A stretch of DNA of 64,000 bases from a bacterium (GCA_965261595.1 CBDHDG010000006.1:832001-896000), one strand, 5' to 3'. Counted from the first letter of the stretch, positions 10,176 through 20,928 are shown. Program-made: numbers and translations. The notes: a model not told the origin generated them from the sequence alone.

Positions 10176-11976
10176 ATGACAATCGAGAATCGAATCGCGG
10201 CGCTGGAGAAAAGGTGCAAAAGGCTGGGCAAGACCCTTGTGGGGGTAGGCACCCTGGCTCTTTTTGCCGTTGTCGCCGGTACGGCCGGGTGGACGGTGGC
10301 GTATACGGGCGCCATCAGCCCATCGAGCATCACGACGAGATTGATTATTCTAGAGGATTCAGCCGGAAAGACGCTCCCCCGCTCTAGGGTTTTGTTGGAC
10401 ACTCGATTGATCCATGATTCATGGAGAAAGGGGTGTCGCGATGAACGAACAAAAGCAAGAGGGGGCTTTGGCGGAGGGCGCCCGTAGGGCGAACGGAGCC
10501 AAGGCCCCAGGGCATCGCAGTGAGCGGGGTCGGTTCTCCTGCCAGCGCAAGCGGGAGGCGGTCCTGCGTCTTTTGCGGGGCGAGAGCCTGGAGACGCTCT
10601 GCCGCGAGTTGGGCACGACAGCGGCTCGGCTTTCCGCCTGGCGCGAGGCGTTCCTTCGCGGGGGCGAGGCGGCGCTCAAAGCCCGCCCGGCGGATGAGCG
10701 GGACGAGGAGAACGCCCGGCTCAAGGCCAAGGTGGGCGAACTCACGATGGAGGGCGAGGTCCTGCGGGAGAAGATCGACCGCCTGGAGGCCGGCCGCCCT
10801 TTAGCCGGCAGGAGGTGGAGGCGATGAGTCAGGCCCGCTTCACCTCCACGGGCAGAGCCTACGGCCTGAAGCGGGTGTGCGCCCTTTGGGGCTTGGCGCG
10901 CTCCACGGTCTACGCGCAACGGCGGCGAGAGGCGGTCCCCGTTCATGAACGCCCCACGCCCAATAAGCGCGGCCCTGTGGGCCCGTGCACCGATGCGGAA
11001 CTCCTCGGCCACATCCGGCAGGTCCTGGAGGACTCTCCCTTCCATGGCGAGGGCTACCGCAAGGTGTGGGCGAGGCTGCGCTTCGCGGGCATCCGCACCA
11101 GCAAGGAGCGGGTGCGTCGCCTGATGCGGGAGGCGGGGCTTCAGGCCCCCCACCGGGTGGGCAAACCCCGAGGTCCCAAGGCCCACAACGGGACCATCCG
11201 CACCGAGCGGCCCGACCGAATGTGGGGCACGCACATGACGACGACGGTGACCACCGAGGAGGGGATGGCCTCGGTGTTCGTGGCGGTGGATCACTGCTCG
11301 GTGGACTGCGTGGGGATCCATGCGGCCAAGAGCGGCAACCGCTTCGAGGCCCTGGAGCCGATCCGGCAGGGGGTCGCCGAGCGCTTCGCCGGCTTGGAGG
11401 CGGACGTCGCCGAGGGGCTTAAAGTTCGTCACGACCACGGCCCCGCCTATCTGTCCGATGACTTTCAGCGGGAGATCGCCTACCTGGGCATGACCAGTTC
11501 GCCCAGCTTCGTGCGGGCGCCCGAGGGAAATGGCTACTGTGAGTGGTTCATCCGCATCTTGAAGGAGAATCTCCTGTGGGTGCGCTCTTTCGCCACCGTA
11601 GAGGAACTGCGGTGGGCGCTGCTTGAGTTCAAGAACCTGTACAACCATCATTGGATTCTCGAGGGCTACGGCTACCGAACGCCGGCCCAGGCAAGGCAGG
11701 AAAAACTCGCTCAAGTTGCGGAGGCCGCATGAGGTCGAATACCCTCACCCGAGTGTCCAATAACCCAGGGGCGGTCCAACGCGGCTTAGGCTCCGTGGGT
11801 CAGATGGCACTGTCAGAGCATGTGATTCAGCTGGAAAGACGCGGCTTCAGCTCCATGGGCATGGTAGTATCAGAGCATACGACTCAGCCGGGAAGTGGCG
11901 GGTTAAGCTCTATGGGGAAACCGGAAAGATCTCTTTCAAAACTCTAAACGCCAGAGGAACGGTTTCTCATCCCTAA
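10176..11976 (+). pseudogene. Small membrane-anchored protein with three DSAGKxR repeats, interrupted by IS3 copy 2
   Basis: Removing the IS and one TSD restores the frame: ..LIILEDSAGKT|RLRLRGSDGTVRACDSAGKTRLQLHGHGSIRAYDSAGKWRVKLYGETG..HP*. Confidence 0.75.
10375..11778 (+). mobile_element. IS3-family element copy 2 (orfA ~10441-10827, orfB ~10824-11732), 4-bp TSD acgc
   Basis: Same ends as copy 1; acgc at 10371-10374 and 11779-11782; orfA/orfB overlap ATGA. Confidence 0.95.
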
Positions 11977-12471
11977 TTGTTAGGAGACCACTTCCATGCC
12001 AGCCGGGCAGGAAGGATCCCGCTCGGCGGTTCATGCATGGGTGTAGCTGTAGGGGGAAGGTTGCCCTTTTGTCCCTGCGTTCATCGGCTCGCAATCCATG
12101 TGTATCTGGCTCGCGCCATCAGCAGGACAACCTTCGTGAGTTCCATTTCCCCCAAAATCGAGGGTGCGGGTTGCATGGAAGATGCCCCCCCTACGTTTGC
12201 CCATTCGATTTCCCCGAATGCCCTGATGGTGGCCAATAATAATGTCAGGATTATCATCATTGGGTATCAGATAATAGGTAAGGAGTGGAGGAAACGGGGC
12301 CGAAACCCCCGAAAATGAGTGAATTGGGGCCTGGGATGGCCTTTTGGGCTGATTCTCGAGCGAGTGTGAGGGCCTAAAAACCTCTCCTGGCCCCCCTCTA
12401 GAAACCTCCATTTTCGTCTGTCATTACTGGCTATATCTTTGATTCTAATACGCGTGCGCGTGCGGGGGTAG

Positions 12472-12819
12472 TCAGGCGGGGGCAGTCCAGGCAAGTCTCC
12501 CGGTTTCGAATTCCTCCCTGAGCCGATTCATGGCATGGGTGAGTATCCCCAATTCTGAAAATCCCGTCTCCCTGGCTTCCGCCCGGAGCCATTCCCCATC
12601 TTCTCCCGGAATTTCTATCCTCCCCTCCCGGCCGTTCTCTTGTCTCGGGGCCTCGGGGGTGTCTGCACCGTTTCCCTCCTGGGCGCGGGCCATCTCCAGG
12701 GCATGGCAAACCGTCTCGGAGAGAGACCGCTTGCCTTGGGTGCCCGGCCCCTGCATCCAGTCCTTGAGTTCCTGGGGGATTCGGACGGTAATGGTTGCGT
12801 CTTTGACTACATATTCCAC
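12472..12819 (-). CDS. Putative ribbon-helix-helix (Arc/CopG-like) DNA-binding protein
   Basis: N-terminal ITVRIPQELKDWM..KRSLSETVCHAL pattern. Confidence 0.5.
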   Translation of the reverse strand: MEYVVKDATITVRIPQELKDWMQGPGTQGKRSLSETVCHALEMARAQEGNGADTPEAPRQENGREGRIEIPGEDGEWLRAEARETGFSELGILTHAMNRLREEFETGRLAWTAPA

Positions 12820-13007
12820 GTTGTCTTACCTTTCCCGCGGAGCGGGGTTCACAAGAGACTCAATGTAGGACATGGGACATGGAGCTGACAACGGGTGGGG
12901 CCAGTCAGTGTCCATCCGACACCCCCAATCCAACGGTGTGAAAAACGGTGTGAATCGGAACCCCAACGCCTGCATATCACTTCACATGGTTGCATGCGGT
13001 TGCTGGT

Positions 13008-13036
13008 TTGTAAACGCCTCACAAATCCTGTAACAT
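13008..13036 (+). promoter_or_regulatory. Possible sigma70 promoter of selC
   Basis: ttgtaa-N17-taacat, ~40 bp upstream of the tRNA. Confidence 0.3.
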
Positions 13037-13074
13037 CAAGGATATCCGCTGGATTCGTAAACATGGCCTTGCTC

Positions 13075-13171
13075 GGAAGCGCATAGGGTCCCGGTGGCCC
13101 TCCTGGACTTCAAATCCAGTGTTCCGGCTTAACCCCCGGTAGGTGGGTTCGACTCCCACGCGCTTCCGCCA
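13075..13171 (+). tRNA. selC: tRNA-Sec (anticodon TCA)
   Basis: 8-bp acceptor stem GGAAGCGC/GCGCTTCC, ctgga-cttcaaa-tccag anticodon arm, long variable arm, gtgggttcgactcccac T-arm, GCCA end. Confidence 0.93.
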
Positions 13172-13691
13172 TTTTCACTTTTCCGACGGGCCGTCCAAAT
13201 CGACTTCGGCGCGTGACGCGCGCGGCGAAAATCGCCCCGCTTCCGATGGCCCGCCCTCCGTCCGACTTCCAAACAAACTTGAGAAAAGACCCCACGAACG
13301 CCCGGAGCGCACAAGGGGCCGACAACGCGGAACCGGCGCGCCGCCACGCCTGAAATCTCCAGTCCCATTTCGGCCTTCCTTTCTGATCCAAGGGAGTGGC
13401 GCCCCGGAGGGAGCGGCTGCCCGGAGGGAGGAGGGGGTGGACGAATCCGGATGAGGTTCATGCTGAATCAGGCTTTGCCGACTCGCAAGATGACAAAGGA
13501 TGACTTGTCACTGTGTTAGAATTCAACGGTTCGCCTACATGCGTCAGGAATTCATGCGCCTCCGCGCTTCACCGCCATCGCCGATGGGCCGATCCGCGAT
13601 AGGACATCAGCCCCCTCCCTCCCCCCCCCCCGCCGGTCCTCGCGTCTCCGGGTTGGCGGGAAAACCGGGGCGGCGCCATCAGGAGAAATCA

Positions 13692-14477
13692 ATGAGCGTG
13701 CTCGCCGAGAAGAAGGACCGCATCCTCACATTGACCATCGACCGCCCGAAAGCGATGAACGCCCTGGATCCGGACACCCGGGGCCGGCTGGCCGATCACT
13801 TCGAGGAATTTCACGACGACGACGACCTGTGGGTCGCGGTGCTCACCGGGGCGGGCGAGAAATCGTTCTGCGCCGGAGCGGACATCAAGAAAACCATCGG
13901 CGCTTCCTTGGATCAGACCGTCTGGGCGAGGCGGAAGCCTTTTCTCAAGGGCCGGGACCTCTACTCCGTCCTGGGAAACCTCACCAAACCGGTCGTCGCC
14001 GCCGTCAACGGTTACGCCCTGGGCGGGGGCCTGGAGTTGGCGCTCTGCTGCGACATCCGCGTCGCCTCGGAGACGGCGACCTTCGGCCTGCCGGAGGTGG
14101 GCCTGGGGATCATCCCGGGCGCGGGCGGGACCCAGCGGCTCACGAGCGTCGTGGGCGTCGCCCACGCGTTGAACCTGATCCTCACGGGAAACCGGATCGA
14201 CGCCGGGGAGGCGCACCGCATCGGCCTCGTCAGCGCCGTTGTTCCTCCCGGCGAGCTCATGAGCGCGGCGCGCGAGACGGCCGAGTCGATCCGCAAGCGC
14301 GGACCCATCGCCGTCCGGTTCGCGAAAGAAGCGGTCCTCCAGGGCGCCGACATGACGATGCGCGAGGGCCTGCTGCTGGAAAACCTCCTGTCGAACCTGA
14401 TTCGCGGGACCCAAGACGCCGCCGAGGCAACCCGGGCCTTTTCCGAGAAACGAGCCCCGAATTTCATCGGGGAATAG
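13692..14477 (+). CDS. Enoyl-CoA hydratase/isomerase (crotonase)
   Basis: RPKAMNAL, FCAGADI, ALGGGLEL, PEVGLGIIPGAGGTQRL. Confidence 0.92.
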   Translation: MSVLAEKKDRILTLTIDRPKAMNALDPDTRGRLADHFEEFHDDDDLWVAVLTGAGEKSFCAGADIKKTIGASLDQTVWARRKPFLKGRDLYSVLGNLTKPVVAAVNGYALGGGLELALCCDIRVASETATFGLPEVGLGIIPGAGGTQRLTSVVGVAHALNLILTGNRIDAGEAHRIGLVSAVVPPGELMSAARETAESIRKRGPIAVRFAKEAVLQGADMTMREGLLLENLLSNLIRGTQDAAEATRAFSEKRAPNFIGE

Positions 14478-14524
14478 CAAAGAAGACCGAAGCCGATTTC
14501 CCCGCGGACCCGGGATTCCCCTAT

Positions 14525-16221
14525 CCGGGATTTCCCAGATGACCACTCTTAGCCATCCTGCGGTCCTCCTGTGTCATCAAAGTACCCCATTTTACTACAG
14601 ATTCAGGGTCTCTTTGCAGAACCCTCTGCTCAATCGAGGGGCAACGGCCGTCCTAAAGCCGCAATCCCTTGAAAACCCAGCTCTACCGGCACACTCAGGG
14701 GAGTTCGGCACAGACTGATCCCCCGTCTCCACCACGTCACTAAGCTTCCGGGCCATCTGCTCCGTCATCCGGTATCTGGTACGGGAGGCGGTAACCACAA
14801 CCGTCGAATTCGTTCAAGGATTGCCCTGAACAGTTGACGCGGCACGGCCACCTCGGCCATCTGGAAGGTGGTGTGCCGGGCGTGGGTGACCACCTTGGCC
14901 CCAATCTTAATCAGCTTCTCGCGTAACGTCGTCAGCGACCAGTGCTTCACCGCTCTGGGCAACGCCAGCCGCCGCAGGAAGTTTGCCAGGTTGTACGCCA
15001 AGGCAAATAGTTGCAAGCGAACCTGGTTCTCTTCAAAGCCGTGGCAGGACAGGCGCGTCCAGTTCAGGGCGTACTTGCCCTCCTTGATCCACTGCTCCGC
15101 CGTCCCACGCTGGTTGTAGAACCTCACGACGTTCTCTTCCCGCCAGTGCAGGTTGGTCACGATGAAGCTGACTCTTGGAAACAACTCGCCCTGGTGCCAC
15201 TCGACCGCCACCACCACCCGGCGAGGCTTCTCCCAACTAGCCGCCTGATAGGGGAGACGCTGTGGTAGAAGATAATGGGCCTTTTGGGCGGTCGGCCAAC
15301 CGGCCGGGTCAGAAGGTATTCGATGTCCCTGTACAAGATGGCGTTGGCCGGAAGCCGAATCGCATAGGAGTAGCCCTCCGCCTCAAGGTATCGGTACACC
15401 TCCGGCTTGGCAAATGCCGCGTCGCCTCGAAAAAACCGACAGACCTTCGCATCCCGGTAGCGAGCTACCACCGGCTCCAATACAGACCACCAGTCATCAG
15501 CGCTGTGGACCTTGCCGTTGCGCAACAGCGCCCGCTCCAGATCGCCAAACTGGTTGAAGCAAAACAGTGGGTGATAGCAGGTGCAGCCGAAGTGGCCGTT
15601 GTAGGAAGAGCCTTCCTGCTCACCGTGGGTCGGGCTGACCGAACTGTCCATGTCCAGGATCAGCTTGCGAATCGGCTTGCGTTTGCGGACACGATCCACC
15701 AACACACCGGGCAGACCGCTCAGCGCCTTGAGGGGTTAAGGGGCCGGGTGAGGGTCTGCGTCTCGAATCGGCTCATCTGGCTGGTGGAGGCAGCGGTGTG
15801 ATACTTCGCTCGCCCCCCAACCACCTGACGCATGGCGGGATCGACACAGAGCCGCTCGGCATCATTGGTGTCTTTATATCCTGCCAGGCGGCTGTAGACC
15901 GACTGGCGCACCAAAGCGGTGAGGCTGTGCCGGGTGTTCCCGCCCGTCCGTGAATCGGACAGAAACCCCTCGGCCGCCTTCGTCAGCCCCAACACCTCAT
16001 CCAGTTCACGATAGGCAAGCAAACCGGCGTCACTCGTAACCTTTGCTCCGTGAAACTCCAGCCTGAGCCGACCGTCGAATTGGAGCCTCAACGGCCTCTT
16101 TTTCGCTTCACCCATTGGGTCCCCTCGCAAGATGATGGCAGGGAGAGGCCAACACCTTGATTTTACACGAGAAAACGGCCTTCGGGGCGTTAAAAATTAT
16201 CATCCATATGGGAAATGCGGG
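14525..16221 (-). mobile_element. IS1380-family element copy A, transposase frameshifted, 5-bp TSD cctat
   Basis: IRs CCCGCATTTCCCATATG / CCGGGATTTCCCAGATG; cctat at 14520-14524 and 16222-16226; TSDAGLL, LDMDSS, RGDAAF, RGTAEQWIKEGK. Confidence 0.92.
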
Positions 16222-16338
16222 CCTATACTTTCCCGGTTGGCGGGAAACGGAAGTGGGGATAATGAATCTGCCGGATTTCTCACAAAGATTTCGATGAGGA
16301 CGCACCACCAACGAACAACTCACGCGCGGCGCAACTCC

Positions 16339-16419
16339 GGGGCCGGTACAGAGCCCGGCCCTTACATGATAAACACTAACAATAACGCACCTGTAAGGGC
16401 GGGGATCTGTACCCGCCCC
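16339..16419. repeat. Inverted pair of REP-like palindromes
   Basis: gggccggtacagagcccggcccttaca ... tgtaagggcggggatctgtacccgcccc; related pair at 48231-48328. Confidence 0.6.
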
Positions 16420-16549
16420 AACAAACTCTCCGGAAGACACAATGTCTGGGCCAAGTCGAGAGCCTCTTATCGGGGAAGCGGTTGATCCACTCTAAGTTTC
16501 CCCGAGAATAGGCAGCCTGACCTTCCCAATTGTGAAATAGAGGACGGGG

Positions 16550-17707
16550 ATGAAACGAAAAGACGTTGCGATTGCCGCTTACTACGAAACCGCCTTTTCA
16601 AAAAAGCCGGAAAGAGACGTGTACGACTACGCCGCGGAGGCCGCGACGGGCGGGCTCAAAAAGGCCGGGCTGAGCAAACAGGACGTCGACGGCCTGCTGG
16701 TGACCACGGCCCTTTCCGGCGCCTCGGAGCCGATGTGGTCCGGGCGGATCAACGAGGCCCTGGGTCTTGAGACCCGTTGGCTCCAGACGATGGACACCGG
16801 CGGGACCGCGCCCATCGCCGGCATCTCGCGCGCGGCGTCCGCAATCCGGGACGGCAGCGTCGACGTCGTGCTCCTGGTGGCCGCCGATGCGCCCATCACG
16901 GCTTCCAACGAAAATTACATGGGGTACCGGACGAACTTCGAGTTCCCCTTCGGGCCGATGGGACCTCCGGGGCTCTTCGGATTCCTGCAGAAACGGTACG
17001 AACACCAATACGGCATCACCATCGAGCAACTGGCCAAGGTGGCCGTCACGCAGCGGCGGCACGCGCAACTCAATCCGAACGCCCTGCTTCAGGGCGAGAT
17101 GACGGTTGAGACCTACCGGGACTCCAGGGTGATCTTCGACCCCATCCGCCTGCTGGACTGCGTGATGCGGTGCAACGGCGGGGACGCCCTGGTGATCACC
17201 TCGGCCGAACGGGCCCGGGAGCTGACGCCGAAGCCCGTTTACGTGGCCGGCGTGGGAGAGGTCCACAATTACCGGGCGTCGGAGCTCCTCGCAGACGTGA
17301 CGGACGTGGGGATGGGCAAGGCCGGCCGCCGGGCCCTGGAGGAAGCGGAGCTTTCCATCTCCGACATACAGACGTTCCAGCCATACGACGATTTCGTGAT
17401 TGCGGTCATCCTTCAGCTCGAGAGCCTGGGGTTTTGCGGGGTCGGCGAGGGCGGGCGGTTCGTCGAGTGGACGGACCTTTCCTTTCAGGGAGACCTTCCG
17501 CTCAATACGGGCGGCGGCCAGCTTTCAACCGGGCAGAACGGCTTGGCCGGCGGCGCGGTGAACGTGATTGAGGCGGTCCGGCAACCTCAGCGGGAGGGCG
17601 GGGCGCGTCAGGTCGAAAAATGCGACAACGCCCTGGTGACCGGAATCGGCACCGTGAACTATCTCCGCAACTGGCATTCCAGCGCCGTGATGGTCTTGGA
17701 GGTGTAA
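16550..17707 (+). CDS. Thiolase-like protein (SCP2/Ltp2 type)
   Basis: RRHAQLNPNA, PIRLLDCV, YDDF, NTGGGQLS; followed by a DUF35 partner. Confidence 0.88.
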   Translation: MKRKDVAIAAYYETAFSKKPERDVYDYAAEAATGGLKKAGLSKQDVDGLLVTTALSGASEPMWSGRINEALGLETRWLQTMDTGGTAPIAGISRAASAIRDGSVDVVLLVAADAPITASNENYMGYRTNFEFPFGPMGPPGLFGFLQKRYEHQYGITIEQLAKVAVTQRRHAQLNPNALLQGEMTVETYRDSRVIFDPIRLLDCVMRCNGGDALVITSAERARELTPKPVYVAGVGEVHNYRASELLADVTDVGMGKAGRRALEEAELSISDIQTFQPYDDFVIAVILQLESLGFCGVGEGGRFVEWTDLSFQGDLPLNTGGGQLSTGQNGLAGGAVNVIEAVRQPQREGGARQVEKCDNALVTGIGTVNYLRNWHSSAVMVLEV

Positions 17708-17710
17708 GCC

Positions 17711-18124
17711 ATGAATCAGAAAACGCCGCCGCCCAAACCCCTGCCGGTCTTCGACAAGCTGACCACCCCGTTCTGGGAGGCCGCGAACCGGGATGAGCTC
17801 CTTCTCCAGCGCTGCGGGGATTGCGGAACGTTCACCTTTTACCCGCGCTACGTGTGCAATCAGTGCATGTCGAGCGCGCTCGAATGGACCCGCGCGAGTG
17901 GCCGGGGGACGATCTACTCGTTCACCGTGACGCGCGTGGCCCCCCCGCCGTTCCGGCCGGACGCCCCCTACGCCCTGGTGTCCGTGGAGCTCGAGGAAGG
18001 GGTCCGCATCCTCGCGGGGGTCGAGGACATCGAGCCGGAGGATTTGGAGATCGGCCAGGAAGTGGTCGTGTCCTTCCGGGAAGCGGCCGAGGGGATCAAG
18101 CTTCCCTGTTTCCGCCCGGCTTGA
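17711..18124 (+). CDS. Zn-ribbon/OB-fold (DUF35) protein
   Basis: PFWEA..LLLQRCGDCG..PRYVCNQC, GRGTIYSFT, VELEEG. Confidence 0.92.
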   Translation: MNQKTPPPKPLPVFDKLTTPFWEAANRDELLLQRCGDCGTFTFYPRYVCNQCMSSALEWTRASGRGTIYSFTVTRVAPPPFRPDAPYALVSVELEEGVRILAGVEDIEPEDLEIGQEVVVSFREAAEGIKLPCFRPA

Positions 18125-18129
18125 CCGGG

Positions 18130-20916
18130 TCAACTCCCCTTGGCCCGCAGGGCCTCCAGGACCTTCTTCGGCGTTGCCGGGAGATCGGTGATCCGCACGC
18201 CCACCGCGTCGTAGATCGCGTTGGTGATGGCGGGCGCCGTGGGGAGCAGGCCGGCCTCGGCGAAGCCCTTCGCGCCGAACGGCCCGTAAGGCTCGGGGTC
18301 CTCCACAACAAACGTCCGGACCTCGGGCGTCATCTCGATGGTCGGAATGCCCGCGTCGGTCAACGTCCGGGTGAGGGGGCGGCCGTTCTCGACCTTGTAT
18401 TCCTCCGACAGGGCGTAACCGAGCCCCATGGAGACGCAGCCCTCGACCTGTCCCTCCAACCCCCGGGGATGGATCACCTTTCCGCAGTCCGCCGCGACGA
18501 TCACCTCGAGGACCTTCACCTCCCCCGTCGTCTCGTCCACCTCGACCACGGCCGCGTTGGCCACAAAGGAGAAAGTCAGGTAATTCCTGTACCCCTCGGT
18601 CTCGGGCGGCACGTCGTCGAAGATGATCGACACCGTCTTGGGGCCCTCGAATTCGTCCGCCCCGCTCAGCTCAACCCCCCGGCCGCGCGCCCGATCGGCA
18701 ACGGTCCGGTTGTCGGCGATGGGCCGCCCGCCCTTTGAGGTGAACCCTTTCCCGTCCCAGACGAGGTCCTCCCGCGCAATCTCGAATTCTTCGGCGACGA
18801 AATTGAACAACTTCTCCTTCAAGGCCCGGCTTGCGCCGACGACGGCGTTGCCGGTCCAAAGGGTCTGGCGCGACGCGCTGGTCTGTCCGCCGTCCGGGGT
18901 GAGGGCCGTATCCGGGTCCATGAGGGTGATCTCCTCGTAGGGCACGCCCAGCGTGTGGGCGGCCATCTGAGAGGCGACCGTCATGATGCCCTCGCCGAGG
19001 TCGGTCGCGCCCAACCGCAGCCGGATGTCTCCCGTCCCGGTCAGCTCCATCACGGCGCCCGACAAATCCGGCCGGCCCTGGCCGATGCCGCAATTCTTGA
19101 ACGCCCCGGCGATGCCGACGCCGATCTTCCTCCCGGGTTCCGGCCGGGCCGTCCGGCGGGTCGCCAGGCCTTCGCGAATCTTCCCCAGGCACTCCTTGAA
19201 ACCGACGCTGGCCTCCAGGACTTGCCCCGTCGAGGTCTTCATGCCCACGGCCAGGGCGTTCCGCTCCCGCAGCTCGATGGGGTCGATGTCCAGCGCTCTC
19301 GCGATTTCGTCGAGCTGGGATTCCATGGCGAAGGCGGACTGGTTGATCCCGTAACCCCGGAACGCGCCGCAGGGAAGGTTGTTCGTGTACGTGCGGATAC
19401 CTTCCAGCCGGAGGTTGGGAACGTCGTAGGGGCCCGCGCCGAAGACGGTGCTCTGCGCCAGGATCATCGGACCGCCGTGGGCGTAGGCGCCGCCGTCGGA
19501 GATCGCGCGGCGCTCGACCGCCAGGATCTTCCCGTCCCGCGTCACGCCCGTCTTATAGTGCAGCCGCATCGCGTGCTTCTTGACGTGGACGAGAAAAGAC
19601 TCCTCCCGGTTGGTGACGAGCTTCACGGGGCGATCCGTCCTCAACAACCCGAGGGCCACGTAGGGATGAATCGAGAGGCCGCTCTTGCCGCCGAACGCGC
19701 CCCCGATGGCCGGCGAAACGACCCGGACCTTCTCCAGGGGCAATCCGAGCGCCCCGGCCAGCTCCCCCCGCTCGCGGTATGTGTTCTGGGAGGCGATGAC
19801 CACCGTCACCCGCCCTTCCTCGTCCCGGTAAGCCACCGCGCTCTCGGGCTCCAGAAACGCGTGGTCCACCCACGGGACCGAGTAGTCCCCCTCCACGACA
19901 AGGTCCGCTTCCTCGAACGCCCGGTCTACATCCCCCCGCCTGATCACCGCGTGCGTCAGCCGGTTGCCGTCCGGATAATCCGGATGGACCCGGGGGGCGT
20001 CCTCCCGAAGGGCCTCCTCGGGGTCGAAGACCGCCGGAAGCGCCCGGTAGGAGACGCGGATGGCCGCAACGCCCTCGCGGGCTTGCTCCTCGGTTTCGGC
20101 ATACACCGCCGCCACCACCGTTCCCACGCAATGCACCCGGTCCTCGGCGAAGACGGGAACGTCCTGGATCTTCTGGCCGAACCTTCGGACCTCGGGGGAG
20201 TTTCGGGAGGTCAATACCAGTGCGACGCCGGGGATTTCCTCGGCCGCGGACGTGTCGATGGAGAGGAGTTCCGCGTGTGGATGCTCGCTGAACAGGAGCT
20301 TGCAGTGGAGCATGTCCTCCAAATACCAGTCCGCGGCGAACCGGGCCTTTCCGGTGACCTTGGGGATGGAGTCCTTTCGGATGACCGATACGCCCAAAGG
20401 ACCCCCGTCGGCCGCCTCCCCCACCTGAGACTCGATGGGGGGCCACTCGCCCTCGGACAAGAAGGTCGCGGCCTGCTCAACGGCCTCGATCACCTTGTTG
20501 TAGCCGGTGCAGCGGCACAGGATTCCGGAGAGCCCTTTGTAGATCTCCTCCCGGCCGGGACGGGAGTTCCTTTCCAGGAGGGCCTTGGCCGCCATGACGA
20601 ACCCCGGAACGCAGAAGCCGCACTGCACGGCCCCGGTCCGGACGAAGGCCTCCTGGACCGGGTGAAGGTCGCCGTTGGAAGCGAGGCCCTCGATGGTCTC
20701 CACCCGCTTCCCGGCAACGTCGCTCGCGGCGACCAGGCAGGCCCTTTCGGGCGCCCCGTCGATCAGGACCGTGCAGCACCCGCAGTCCCCGTCGCCGGGG
20801 CTGCACCCCACCTTCGTCCCGGTCATCCGGAGGTCGTCCCTCAGACAACGGTCCAGGGTCTTCCCCGGAAGGTCATCGGCCGTCACCGGTTGGCCGTTCA
20901 GCTTGAAAGAAAGCAT
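18130..20916 (-). CDS. Xanthine dehydrogenase/aldehyde oxidoreductase family Mo-protein with fused 2Fe-2S domain
   Basis: GTKVGC..CGCC, QCGFCVPG, CRCTGY, GGAFGGK, AFRGYG, GAKGFAE. Confidence 0.92.
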   Translation of the reverse strand: MLSFKLNGQPVTADDLPGKTLDRCLRDDLRMTGTKVGCSPGDGDCGCCTVLIDGAPERACLVAASDVAGKRVETIEGLASNGDLHPVQEAFVRTGAVQCGFCVPGFVMAAKALLERNSRPGREEIYKGLSGILCRCTGYNKVIEAVEQAATFLSEGEWPPIESQVGEAADGGPLGVSVIRKDSIPKVTGKARFAADWYLEDMLHCKLLFSEHPHAELLSIDTSAAEEIPGVALVLTSRNSPEVRRFGQKIQDVPVFAEDRVHCVGTVVAAVYAETEEQAREGVAAIRVSYRALPAVFDPEEALREDAPRVHPDYPDGNRLTHAVIRRGDVDRAFEEADLVVEGDYSVPWVDHAFLEPESAVAYRDEEGRVTVVIASQNTYRERGELAGALGLPLEKVRVVSPAIGGAFGGKSGLSIHPYVALGLLRTDRPVKLVTNREESFLVHVKKHAMRLHYKTGVTRDGKILAVERRAISDGGAYAHGGPMILAQSTVFGAGPYDVPNLRLEGIRTYTNNLPCGAFRGYGINQSAFAMESQLDEIARALDIDPIELRERNALAVGMKTSTGQVLEASVGFKECLGKIREGLATRRTARPEPGRKIGVGIAGAFKNCGIGQGRPDLSGAVMELTGTGDIRLRLGATDLGEGIMTVASQMAAHTLGVPYEEITLMDPDTALTPDGGQTSASRQTLWTGNAVVGASRALKEKLFNFVAEEFEIAREDLVWDGKGFTSKGGRPIADNRTVADRARGRGVELSGADEFEGPKTVSIIFDDVPPETEGYRNYLTFSFVANAAVVEVDETTGEVKVLEVIVAADCGKVIHPRGLEGQVEGCVSMGLGYALSEEYKVENGRPLTRTLTDAGIPTIEMTPEVRTFVVEDPEPYGPFGAKGFAEAGLLPTAPAITNAIYDAVGVRITDLPATPKKVLEALRAKGS

Positions 20917-20928
20917 TCGATTCGTCTC

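Noticed and set aside
18130..20916. Selenocysteine-containing Mo-hydroxylase (near selC)
   Set aside because: The ORF has no in-frame TGA
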